Assembly: GCF_963921235.1 (NCBI RefSeq)
Contig: NC_086097.1
Location: 29,576,001-29,640,000, forward strand
Length of the DNA: 64,000 bases
Origin: Mobula hypostoma
Taxonomy: Eukaryota
Reading direction: 5' to 3'
Shown: positions 12,936 through 25,425 of the stretch, in pieces
How positions within the stretch are numbered: position 1 is the stretch's first letter
Layout of the letters: every line of letters begins with the position of its first letter
Notes under the pieces: model-generated
What the model was told of the DNA's origin: nothing
What the model saw: only the letters and a program-made list of their open reading frames with translations
Databases searched by the model: none
Position numbers and translations under genes: made by a program

Positions 12936-15147
12936 TTCTCTTTCATCCATGTGCCCAAGAGTCTCTTAAATGTCTCTAATATATCTGTCTCTGCCAGCAC
13001 CCATGGCAATGGGCTCCACACACCCACCACTCTGTGTAAAAAAACCTACCTGTACCTCTGATGTTCCCTCTATACTTTCCTCCAAAACACCTTAAAATTA
13101 TACCCCCATGATTTAGCTATTTCTGCCCTCCTTTTGCAAGGGGCAAATTTCACTGAAGCTTCAATGAGCATCAAAATACAGCCCAGCAATTGTTCATTCA
13201 CTAGCTGTGTGATGTCAGGAGCAATGCACCCAGGTTTACATAAAACACACTGAATAATGAAGGCTTGGAGACACAAAAGACAGCAGCTGCTGGTAGCTGG
13301 AGCAACAAACAAACTGCTGGAGGAACTCAGCAGGCTGAGCAGCATCTGTGGGGAGATGTTCTGGGTCAAGACCCTTCATCTGGAGTGAAAGAGCACAGGG
13401 AAGACAGCCAGCGAGGAGAAAAGGTGGAGCAAGAACAGTGCAGAAACACTGGTTAGTCCAATGACTCCTAATCCCTTCGACCTGCACCTGGTCCATATCC
13501 CTCCATTCTCTTCACATTCATGTGACCATCTAAGGGTCCTTTATACTGTACATCACTATTGTAATTGCCTCCACCAACACCTCTGGCACTGCCTTCCAGG
13601 CACCCACTGCTCTCCATGTAGAGAAAAACTTTCTGAACATCTTTAACTCCCCCCCGCAACACACTTTTAATCTAGTATTAGACATTTCAACCCTGGGGTA
13701 AAGCTAACAGCTGTCTATTTAATCTACCCCATTATAATTATATAAACTTCCATCAGATCTCCCCTCAGCCTCTATCCAGAGAAAACAATCCACGTTTGTC
13801 CAACCTCTCCTTGTAGGTCGTACCCTCTAATCCAGGCAGCAACCTTGTGAACCTCTTCTACATCGTCTCCAAACCTCCACATCCCCCCTGTACTGGGACA
13901 ACCAGAAATGAAGGCAATACTCGAGAACACCCCCTCTTCTCCCCTCTCCCACCACGCAGAAGAGTCAAAAGCCTGACAGGACATAGCACCAAATCAGGGA
14001 CAGCTTCTATCCCACTGATATCGGACTCCTGAACAGACCTCAAGTGATGAAATGGACTCCTGGCCTCACTATTTAACTCATAATGACCCTGCACCTTATT
14101 GTTTACCTGCCCTGCATTTACTCCGTGGCTGTACCACTTTATTCTGAGTTGTTATTGTTTTGCCTTGTTCTACCTGAATGCACTGTGTGAACAATATGCA
14201 AAGCCAGGCTTCTCACTGTATCTTTGGTACCTGTGACAATGATAAACCAATACCCTCACCTCCACAACAACTGTTCCTCAAGAGATGGGTGAAGCAGTCT
14301 TAGTCTCTGACTCTCCCTTGGAGACCTGCACTCCTTTGAAATTGGAATTGGTTTATTATTCCCTCAGGTACTGGGACACAGTGAATACTTTGAGTAGAAC
14401 AAGGTAAAACAGCAACAATGCAAAATAAAGTGCCAACATTACAGACAATGTTCAGTGCAGGTAAACAATAAACTGCAAGATTATAATGAGATGGATTGTG
14501 AAGTCAAGAGTACATTGTATCAGTATGCAACCACTTTCAAGGAGTCTTCATCTCATGTCTCTATATTTATTGCTTATTAATATTTTTCTTTCTTTTTGTA
14601 TTTGCACAGTTTGTTGTTGTTTGCCCGCTGAATTTATTGAGTATGCCTGCAAGAAGATGAATCTCAGGGTTGTCTACGGTGACATGCATGTACTTTGATA
14701 AGTCACTCCCCCCTGCACGATCTGACATGCAGCATACATTAACAGAGGAGGGGCAGGACGAAGGCCACTTCCCCGGGCACACGTCTCCCCTCCCCCTCAT
14801 TCTGACTGATGACATCAAAAAGGCACATCCATCATTCAGGACCCCCACCACCCAGGACATGCCCCCTTCTCATTACTGCCATCCGGGAGGAGGCACACAC
14901 ACCACATTTTAGGAACGATTCCCCTCCGCCATCAGATTTCCGGACTGCCCATGGACGCTGCCTCACTATTCCCATTTTGCTCAATGTTTATATTATAACT
15001 TTCAGTCAGTATTTCACGTTTTGCAGTGTACTGCTGCTGCCAGCCAACACGTTTCAGGACCCTGGCATTTCGATGGGGAGGGTCTAGCAAGAGTCACATT
15101 ATAAAGTGCAGGTTGATAGGTTCTGGATCAGTAAGAGTGTCAGACAT

Positions 15148-15625
15148 TACAGGGGCACAATTGAGAGCATCCTGACTGGCTGCATCACTGCCTGGTATGG
15201 GAACTGTACTTCCCTCAATCGCAGGACTGTGCAGAGAGTGGTGTGGACAGCCCAGCGCATCTGTAGGTGTGAACTTCCCACTATTCAGTACATTTACAAA
15301 GACAGGTGCGTAAAAAGGGCCTGAAGGATCATTGGGGACCCGAGTCACCCCAACCACAAACTGTTGTAGCTGCTCCCGTCTGGGAAATGGTATCGCAGCA
15401 TAAAAGCCAGGACCAACAGGCTCCGGGACAGCTTCTTCCACCAGGCCATCAGACTGATTAATTCATGCTGACACAATTGTATTCTTATGTTATATTGACT
15501 ATCCCGTTGTACATAATATTTATTATAAATTACTATAAATTGCAGATTTAGACGGAGACGTAATGTAAAGATTTTTACTCCTCATGTATAGGAAGGATGT
15601 AAGTAATAAAATCAATTCAATTCAA
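15148..15625 (+). mobile_element. Rex1/Babar LINE 3' fragment, same family as 4773-5904
   Basis: Translates YRGTIESILTGCITAWYGNCTSLNRRTVQRVV; 3'UTR and aatcaattcaattcaa tail match the reverse complement of 4773-5240. Confidence 0.88.
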
Positions 15626-18487
15626 GACTCAGGAGAATGGGGTTGAGAGGGAAAATTAATCAGCCACGATGGAATGGCAGAGCAGACTCGATGGGCTGAA
15701 TGGCTATGGTCCGGGATGATGGGTCAAACGTGGGCATCTGGGACTAGCAGAAGATGTGGTGGGTCAGCATAGGCCAGTTGGGCTGAAGGACCTGCTGTTG
15801 TGCTGTATTATTGTATGACGCCTCTTACTATGAACCTCTGCCCTCCAGTATTTAATATTTCTGGACCTTAAGACACAGGAGCAGAATTAGGCCATTTGGC
15901 CCATTGAGTCTGCTCTGCCATTCCATCATGGCTGATTTATTATCTCTCTCAACCCCATTCTCCTGCCTTCTCCATGTAACCTTTGATGCCCTGATTAATC
16001 AAGAACCTAGCAACCTCTGCTTTAAATACATGATGTGACTCATCGCATCAAAGTGCACTGAAGGGCAATGAGACATGACCCTTCAATGCCTTAAGCACAT
16101 AGCCGAGCTGGGACAGCTGATCCACTGACATGTTGCAAAACAGAGACACAGAGCTCTACAGTGCAGATACTCTGAAGTTTCCACAGCCTCTTGTGAAATA
16201 GAAAGGGGCGATGTCAGAGGTAGGTTGTTTTAGAGTGGTGGGTGTGCGGGACACGCTTCCAGGGGTGGTGGCAGAGACACATACACTAGGGACATTTAAG
16301 AGGCTTCTGATAGGCACATGGATGATAGGAAAATGGAAGGCTATGTAGGAGGGAAGGGTTGGATTGATCTCAGAGTAGGTTAAAAGGTTGGCACAACATT
16401 ATGGGCCGAAGGGCCTGTACTGTGTTCTATGTTCTGACAGAGCAGTTGCCGTACCAAGCTGTAATGTATACATGTTGGGAGACCCGTCTCCATTTTTCTT
16501 TTTTATGTTCGTAGGGATGACTCTGGGGTCAAAGCAGGGATTTGGGTGTCGGTTTTGGTTTAGGGACAGGGTTGTGGGGGGAACTGGAGATCAGGCCAGC
16601 GCGCAAGCCTCCACTCCACATTTGACGCAGAGGTAGGGCATCTGTGGTTGGATATCGGGCCGGCTGACCAGCATGGACGAGGGGCGGTGAACCTCCCCCT
16701 CACCGGTCAGCAAGCTGTGGGTGGGTTCTGCAGTCGGAGTTCCATGCAGGAAGGAGGGGTGAGGTCCCGAGATCCCCTGGGTACGCGATTCAGTGAGACC
16801 AGAGTTTATCAGTTCGTGCTTGGTGTCCCTCCATCGACGAATCCAGAGTTTGAGGCCTAGTGTTCAGGGATCAGCGGGTCCTGGGGTTGATGCAGAGGAT
16901 CGAGGCCTGGGGATCGAGTGGAAGTCCGGAATTCGAGGCCCGAAGGCCAGAGCCTCGAGCCTGCAAACCCGCCGGGAAGTTGGTGGCCCAGTGGCTGCAA
17001 GTCCAAGTCCACAGGAGGCTGAAATGGCCTGTCCTGGAGTTGGAGGACTGTGTGCGTGTTTGGGGGGTGGGGATATGGGCCTTGTTTTGTTGTTGCTTTG
17101 TCAGATGTTGTGTTCTATTCTGTTGTGCCCTGTGTTGTTCTGCCACTGGGCACCGGAATGTGTGGCAACACTTGCAGTTGCCCTCAGTATACCCTTGGGC
17201 ATGTTGGTTGATGCATTTCACTGTATGTTTCAATGTACATCTGATAAATAAATGCTGAATCTAGAATCTTGACTTTTCTTTCTCCTCTGGAACCTCTCCA
17301 AATGCCTGCATATTGTTACTTAGATACGGGGTCTAAAACTGTTCACAATACTCCGAATGTGGTCTGACCCATGTCTTATAACGCCTCAGCATTACATTTT
17401 CGTCATTAACCCTGTAATTAACTGGTGTGACACAGCTTGTTTCATGGTGGGTGTCCTGCTCTGCAATACAAGTCCAGTAACCCAGGCGCCTTGGCTGATA
17501 ATGGCGGGTCACTTGAGGGTAGCGGTGCAATGTTATATTGTGACTGCACAATACATTGGTGAGGCGGCCTCTGGGATATTGTGTTCAGTTTCCTTCACCT
17601 TGCTGTAAGAAAGACGCCATTAAGCTGGAAAGAATGCAGAGGAGATCTGACAACGTTGGAGACACGAGAGAGCAATCCTAACCCTAAACAGCACGTGTTT
17701 GGAATATGGGAGGAAGCCAAATCCCCAGGAGGAACCCCACACCATCACTTAAGCACCAGACAAAAAGCTGACTTGACCTTGTAACTGCAATTTCCTGCAT
17801 CACCAGTCCCGATGAAGGGTCTCAGCCCGACTGTTTAATCCCCTCCATAGATGCTGGAGGAACTCAGCAGGTCTGGCAGCATCTTGTGTGTATGTGCTCC
17901 TCCAGATTTCCAGCATCTGCAGAATTTCATACTCACCTCCTATCTGTGCCTTCTCTCTCCCTCTCATCAGAATTACTTTTTGCAATACTTACTCATGATT
18001 TGCAACAACACTGTGACTCCACAGTCTGTTCCTTCTCCCAACCCCACCTAACCGCATCTGAACTTCAAGCTCTGGTTGGTCTAGTTCTGGTCGAAAGGTG
18101 GGGATCTACAAAGGGTTCCAATCCACCCACGTCCAACTCCACTCCACCCTTGGCCACTAAACCACCCCAACCTCTTCCCCCACTCCACCCCATGCACCCC
18201 CACCCCTTCAACCAGAATATTCCAGCAGTTCTGGCCATCCCACTGCAGGAGAAGGTGCTGAAGGGGTTCACCAGAACATTGCCTGGAATAGATGGCACGA
18301 CGGGGTGTGAACATTCAGGGAATAGAGAGATATGATCACGTGCGGGCAGGTTTATTAAAGTTTCGCCTCATGATTGGCAGGGAGGGATATCCAAAATGAG
18401 AGTAAAAGTAGTGAGGCAATGTTCATGGGTTCACAGACCATTCGCAAATCTGACTGTGATGGGGAAGAAACTGTTCCTAAAACATCG

Positions 18488-18686
18488 GGCAACATGCACA
18501 AAATGCTGGAGGAACTCAGCAGTCCAGGCAGCATCTATGCCTTCTCTCGGCGACCTGCCGAAGGATCTCGGCCCAAAACGTCGACTGTACTCTTTTCCAT
18601 AGATGCTGCCCAGCCTGCTGAGTTCCTCCAGCATTTTGTCTATGTTGCTTGGTTTTCCAGCGTCTGCTGATTTTCTCTTGTTTGTG
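18488..18686. mobile_element. Short Penelope-derived insertion with inverted terminal segment and 12-bp TSD
   Basis: Arms 18490-18539 and 18598-18647 are inverted copies; flanked by cctaaaacatcg (18476-18487) and ccttaaacatcg (18687-18698). Confidence 0.75.
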
Positions 18687-19594
18687 CCTTAAACATCGAG
18701 TGTGAGTCTTCAGGTTTGTGCACCTCCTTGCTGAGAAGAGAGCATGTCCTGGGTGGTGGGTGGTGGGTGTCCTCGGTGATGATGCTGCCTTTTTGAGGCA
18801 TCTCCTTTGGAGGTCCTTTTCAAGAACTCAATGCTGGCCACAGTGTCAAATGCTACAACACATCGACAAGACCTGAAGAGCATTTTATCATATGTGTACG
18901 GGTAACTGCCGAATAGTTTGATTTACTGTTAATACTTCAATGCAACAGCCCATGTTATGGCTACCATAACTAATACACAAACCAGCACTTCCCTTCATAA
19001 CCTGCTTGCACCCTCCAACTCTGTGTTGCCTTCATAACTGCACCTTTCTGCAGAGATACCTATGCCTAGTGTTTTCACCCCTTATGAGGTATTCCCTGGG
19101 CTGCAGGGATTCACTAACAGCAAAATGAAACTGACTTCATTCCATTCCACTGAGATGAGGTGAGGTGGAGGAGGAGGCCAGAAGGAATGAGTCACCCTGT
19201 TTCTTTTTCTGTCAGTTAATTGGATGAAACGACTCGACATTTGTCACAGACTGAAAGAGATGCTCTGTGAGAAGCGGAAGTTTGAACAGGTTCAGACTTT
19301 ATTTCCCAGAGCACAGGAGAATGAAGGGAGATTTGACAGAGATATACAAAATTACCAGGGCTATAGAGTCTGATATGGATTCAGAGAATGGAGGGATATG
19401 AATTATTTGCGGGCAGAAGAGATTTAATTTAATTTGACATTGTATTCAACAGAGCCATGATAGGCCGAAAGGCCTCTTCCTGCGCTCCATTGTTCTATTA
19501 TCTACATTCCAGGTTTTGTTAACCGAGGTCATTTAGGGATTTGAGGAAAAGGTGGCGAGATGGAGACATTCCACAGATTATCCATGTTCTCCTT

Positions 19595-20085
19595 CAAATT
19601 GGATAAGATTGAAAGAGCCCCGAGAAATTTAACAAGGATGTTGCCAGGACTTGAGGACCTGAGTTATAGGGAAAGGTTGAATGTGTTTGGGCTTTATTCT
19701 CTGAAGGGTAGGAGAAGGAGGGGGGGATTTGATAGAGGGATTCAAAATTATGAGGGGTACAGATAGGGTAAATGCAAGCAGGCCTTTTTCACTGAGGTTG
19801 GGTGAGAGTAGAACTGGAGGTCACAGGTTAAGGGTGAAAGGTGAAATATTTAAGGGGGGCCTGAGGGGGAACGTCTTCACTCAGAGGGTGGTGAGAGTGT
19901 GGAACGAGCCGCCAGTGGAAACGGTGAACGCAGGTTTGATTTCAACATTTTGGAGAAGTTTGGACGAGTACATGGATGGGAGAGGTATGGCAGGCTACGG
20001 ACCAGATGTGGGTCGATGGGACTAGGTAAATGAACAAATAAATGGGCTGCGGGGCCTGTTTCTGTGATGTAGAGCTCCATGAATC
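19595..20085 (+). mobile_element. CR1 LINE 3' end
   Basis: LTRMLPGLEDLSYRERL and GNVFTQRVVRVWNE motifs. Confidence 0.85.
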
Positions 20086-20159
20086 CAAACCTGATAGAAA
20101 TGTAAACAGAGCAGACAGTCAGAACCTTTTTCCAGGGGTGGAAATGGAAACGGTAGTGC

Positions 20160-20382
20160 AGTGATTTGCCGAATACTACTAGTGCCAGCAATGCAGGTTT
20201 AATTCTGCCGCTGTCTTGTTAGGAATTTGTACGTGACTGCACGGCTTTCCTCCGGGTGCTCCGGTTTCCGCCACACTCCAAAGGGACACGAATTAGTAGG
20301 TTAATTGGTCACATGGTGTAATTGGGCGTTACTGTCTCACTGGGCTGGAAGGGCCTGTTAACGTTCTGTCTCTCTAAATAAA
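20160..20382 (+). mobile_element. V-SINE copy
   Basis: ggctttcctccgggtgctccggtttccgccacactccaaag core followed by a ggttaattggtcacatgg tail. Confidence 0.7.
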
Positions 20383-20934
20383 TCAACCAACCAAAAGCTG
20401 GCAAGTTGAAAGTAAAAAAAAACACTTAGAAACACTTGGCACAACAGTCAGCGTCTGTGGAGAGACAGTTAACATTCCAAGTCAAAGACCACAGAAAAGG
20501 TGGTTGTTCGTCACCTCAGTGTTCCTACAATCTGTTCTCATTTAGCACAGACAGCCTGAGGAAGGTTCTAGAACAAATGGTCCCATTAGAGGGGATATTG
20601 GATGTAATTCCCAGCAGGACCCAGTGCTCCCGTTTGTGAGCATTACCACTTTTTTGGTTGCTAAGTCAAAGCAAAAAAATCAGATTAGCCGAAAGCTTTT
20701 GGAGATGTGAAGAAAATGGGCTGCAACACCATTGCAATCCATCTCTGCTGGAGGTTTGATCTGATTTGCCATTTTATTCTGAGTCATGCTATTAGCTTCG
20801 GTATTTATATTTGACTTCTTTTCACGGTGTTACTCAGCATTTGCCGCGTGTGATTGCAATTTTCCAAAATGGAATTGTTGGTGCATCTTAATGAGCAAAT
20901 ATTCACCAGTGAAATGGCGGGTACAAACAACTAG

Positions 20935-21800
20935 AACACAGAATATTACAGCAGAATACAGGCCCTGCAGCCTATGACGCTCTGCCAACCTTTTAATCTA
21001 CTCCAAGATCAATTTAACTCTTCCCTCTCACATAGCCCATTTTTCTACCACGCATGTGCCTGAGTATCTTAAATGTCCCTGTTGTATCTGCCTTTACCGC
21101 CACCCTGGTAGAGGGTTCCACACACCCACCACACTCAGTGTAAAAACAACTACCTCTGAGCTCTGACATCCCCCTATACCTGCCACCAATCACCTTCAAA
21201 CTATGGTGCCTCGTATCAGCCATTTCCACCCTGGGAAAGAGTCTCAGGCTGCCCTCCTCATCTATGCCTCTGATCATCTTGTGCCTCTTCTCTCTTTGCT
21301 CCAAAGAGAAATGCCCTAGCTCAGTCAAATTATCCTCATATGACATCCCCTCTAGTCCAGGCAGCATCCAGACGAATTTCCTCTGCACCCTCTCTAAAGC
21401 ATCCACATCCTTCCTAAACTGATCGCAATACTCCAACTGGGATCTAACTGGAGTTTACAGAGTTACAACATTACCTTACAGCTCAAACTCGATCCTTGAC
21501 TAATGACAGCCAACACAACAGATGCCTTCTTAACAACCCCATCAACCCGCATGGCAACTTTGAGGGCATCTACAGACATGGACCCCAAGATCCCTCTGTT
21601 CCTCCACACTGCTAAGAATCCTACCATTCATTAACTCTGTACTCTGCCTTCAAGTTCGAACTTCCAAAGTGTATCACTTAACACTTTTGCCAACTTGAAC
21701 TCCACCTGAAACTTCTCAGCCCAGCTCTGCATCCAATCAATGTCCCACTGTAACCTCCTCCACTATCCACAACACCATCAACTGTAGTGTCATCTGCTCA
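20935..21800 (-). mobile_element. CR1 LINE 3' region
   Basis: ORF 21014-21436 reads RKDVDALERVQRKFVWMLPGLEG. Confidence 0.85.
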
Positions 21801-22297
21801 AATGATAATTAGCACAAAATAAATACAGAGACCACAGGTGATACATTTGGTTGGATCATTTTGGGGGAGGTGTGGTAGAGACCAGACCTGCTAAACGACA
21901 AGAGGCCAAGATATAATGACATTACAGCATTGGCTAGAGTTTCCCTCAATTTGTATATTAAAATCCTGCCAGGGTTTAGTTAACAGATCTAGTTATTCAA
22001 TCAGTTTCAAAATGTCAGCCCTGCTTTGGGTTGGCCATTGAAATACTCCAGAACATTCTCTCTTCGCAGCAACACACACAAAATTCAGGAACTCAGCAGG
22101 CCAGGCAGCATCTACAGAAAAGAGTACAGTCGACGCTTCGGGCCAAGACCCTTTGGCAGGACTGGGAAAAAAGATGAGAAGTTAGAGCAAGAAGGTGAGG
22201 AAGGAAAGAGTACAAGGTGGTGGGTGACAGGTGAAACCAGGAGAGGGGGAGGGGTGAAGTAGAGAGCTGGGAAGCTCTTCTCCTCTCTTCCTTCTTG

Positions 22298-24020
22298 CAA
22301 ATGTCACTCCACATTTTAAAAAGGGTGGGAGGCAGACAAAAGGAAATTATAGGCCAGTTAGCCAGACTTCAGTGGCTGGGAAAATGTTGGAGTCCATTAT
22401 TAAGGATGAGAAGTACTTGGAGGGACATGATGCAATAGGCAAAAGTCAGCATGGCTTCCTAAAGGGGAAATCTTGCCCGACAATTCTGTTGTAATTCTTT
22501 GAGGAAATAACAAACAGGACAGACAAAGGGGAGTCAGTGGATTTACAGAAGGCCTTTGACAAGTTGCCACAGGTGAGGCTGCTTATCAACATAAGAGCCC
22601 ATGGTATTATAGGAAAGGTACGAGCATGGATTGAAGATTGGCTGACTGGCAGGAGGGAATAAAGGTGTCCTTTTCTGGTTGGCTACAAGTAACTAGTGGG
22701 GTCGATGATGTGACTGCTTCTTTTTAGGTTATACGCCAATGATTTGGTTAATGCAATTGATGGCTTTGTGGCCAAGTTTGCGGACAATACAAAAGGTAGA
22801 TGGAGGGCAGGTAATGTTGATGAAACAGGGAGGTGATGGGAGGACATAGATTGGGAGAATGGACAAGGAAGTACCAGATGGTACTTCACTAGCATAGTGA
22901 AGTGTATGGTCATGCACTTTGGTAGAAGTAATAAAGATGTAGACTATTTTCTAAACGGGGAGAACATTTAACAATCAGAGGTGCAAATCAACTTGAGAGT
23001 CCTCGTGCAGGATTCCCCAAAGATTAACTTGCCGGTGAGTTAGAGGTAAGGAAGTCCAATGCAATTTCAACATTCATTTTGAGAGGAGTGGAATATAAGA
23101 GGAAGGATGTAATGATGAGGCTTTATAAGGGATTGGTCGGACAGCACATAAAGTATTTGAGCAGTTTTGGGCCCCTTATCTAAGAAAAAGTATGCTGGCA
23201 TTGGAGAGGGTTGTTCACAAGAATGATTCCAGGAATTAAATGGTTAACATATGAGGTGTGTTTGATGGCTCTGGGCCTATATTCACTGGAGTTTAAAAAA
23301 ATGAGAGTGGATCTCATTGAAACTGTCAGGACACTGGAGCAGGGATCCAATCGCAGACCCAGTACTGTGCACAGTAATATTAATTGAGTAACAAATCCCG
23401 AGGTGCAAACAAAGTCACTGTCAAAGTTCAGGCAGAGATCAAAACATCCAGGGAAATCCCAAAACCAGAATCCGGGAAACAGGCAAGGTCAATATTCAGA
23501 CAGACAGAGTACAGATACAAATACTGGAAAGACTCAGGAAAATTCACTGGCACAATCTAGCAACAAACAGGTGGAAACACAGGAGTGAAATACACTGAGC
23601 AATAAACAGAGAGGCAGATGACAGGCAGAGCACAGTGAGACAGAGGTGGCAGCAATTCAGGTAATAATGAGGAACAGATGAGAGACGGAGTACTCAGTAA
23701 TACAGGGGCCGGAGTAGAGCAGGAGCGGGGACAGGAGCACATGGCAATACAAAACCACAGACTGACACCCAGGGGAAAAACACACAAAAAGACAGAGTTC
23801 AACCGGAGGTACTGACAGAAACCTATTGAATATTGAAAAGCCTAGACAGAGTGGATATGGAGAGGATGTTTCCTATAGTAAGGGAGTCTAGGACCAGAGG
23901 GCACAGCCTCAGAATAGAAGGACGTCCCTTTAGAACCGAGATGAGGAGGAATTTCCTTAGCCAGTGGATGGTGAATCTGTGGAATTCATTGCCACAGATG
24001 GCTGTGGAGGCCAAGTCACT
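22298..24020 (+). mobile_element. Degraded CR1 LINE RT region, interrupted by a solo LTR
   Basis: DNA-level matches to NYRPVS, QHGFLKGKSC, QKAFDK, KFADNT and RRNFLSQWMVNLWNSLP. Confidence 0.85.
23324..23817 (-). mobile_element. Solo LTR (Gypsy-like), 494 bp
   Basis: TGTCAG...CTGACA termini with an exact 5-bp TSD GAAAC (23319-23323, 23818-23822). Strand inferred from the ctgcgattggatcc...cctgaca end motif resembling 54455-54491. Confidence 0.85.
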
Positions 24021-24699
24021 GGAGCATTGGAGGCTGAGGATAAAGCTGACAGAAGGTGATAAATTTATGAGAGGCCCAGACAGTCAGAATCTTTTCCCCA
24101 GGGTCTGTAGAGTCCTAGGGTCACAGACTACTACAGCATAGAAATAGGCCTTTTGATTCATCTAGTCCATGCCAACCTACTATTCTGCCTAGTCCCATCA
24201 ACCTGCATCGGACCGTACACCTCCATTCCCCTCCCATCCATGTACCTACTCAAACATCTCTTAAATGTTGCAATCAAATCTGCATTCACCACTTCCTCCT
24301 GCAGCTCAGTCCACACTCTCACCACCCTCAGTGAAGGAGTTCTCCCTCATGTTCCCATTAAATATTAAACCTTTCACCTTACACCCATGACCTCTAGCCA
24401 AACCCAACCGCAGTGGCAGAAAAAACCTGCTTGCATTCACCCTATCTATACCCCTCATAATTTTGTATCATCTCTATCAAATCTCCCCTCATTCTTCTAC
24501 GCTTCAGGGAATAACCTATTCAATCCTTTCCCGTAACTCAGGTCCTCAAGCCTTGTACTGTTACATTCTATGTTTCATGCCCTGCGTTCTAATTCTAATT
24601 CCAAGCTTTGGAAGATGCTGAGAAAGGGGTGGTTTTGAGATGCAAAACCTGCTGTAATCAGCAGTTAGGACTAGCCACTGTCTCACTGCTGTGAAATCC

Positions 24700-25425
24700 T
24701 GATACAGGAGTGAGTGAGATAAGATGGTGGAGTGGTGTCGCAATAACAACCTTGCACTCAATGTCAGTAAGCCCAAGAATCTGATCGTGGTCTTCAGGAA
24801 GGAGAAGTCAAGGGAACACATACCAGTCCTCATCGAGGGAACAACAGTGGAAATAGTATCAACATCCCTGCAGATCTATCCTTGGTCCAACATATTAATG
24901 CACTTACAAATAAGGCACGTCAGTGACTATGTTTCATTCTGAGTTTGAGGAGACTCCAGCAAATTTCTATAGCTGTACCCTGGAGAGCATTCTGACTGGT
25001 TCCATCACTGTCTGGTATGGAGGGGCCACTATTCAGAAATGCCGCAGTGGATTGTAGAATCAGCCATTCCCATCGGGGGACTAGCCCACCCCCCCACCCC
25101 ACAAAGGCAGCATCCACCATTAAGGACGCCCACCACTCAGGGCACGCCCTCTTCTGATTGCTACCATCAGGGAAGAGGATCAGGACCCTGAAGCTACATA
25201 CTCAACGTTTTAGGAACAGCTTCTTCACCTGCACCATCAGGTATGCGAACAGACAATGAACCAATCCATCTACACTACCTCATTACCTTTGCTCTCTATC
25301 TGCACTATTAATTTGATTTTACGTAAATATTTCTTATGGTAATTAGTTTGTTTTTTGTGTATTGCACTGCACTGCCACTGCAAAGCAACACATCTCACAG
25401 CATGTATCAGTGATATTAAACCAGA
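24700..25425 (+). mobile_element. Degraded Rex1/Babar LINE 3' part
   Basis: VEWCRNNNLALNVSKPKNLIVVFRK motif and downstream Rex1 3' sequence. Confidence 0.8.
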
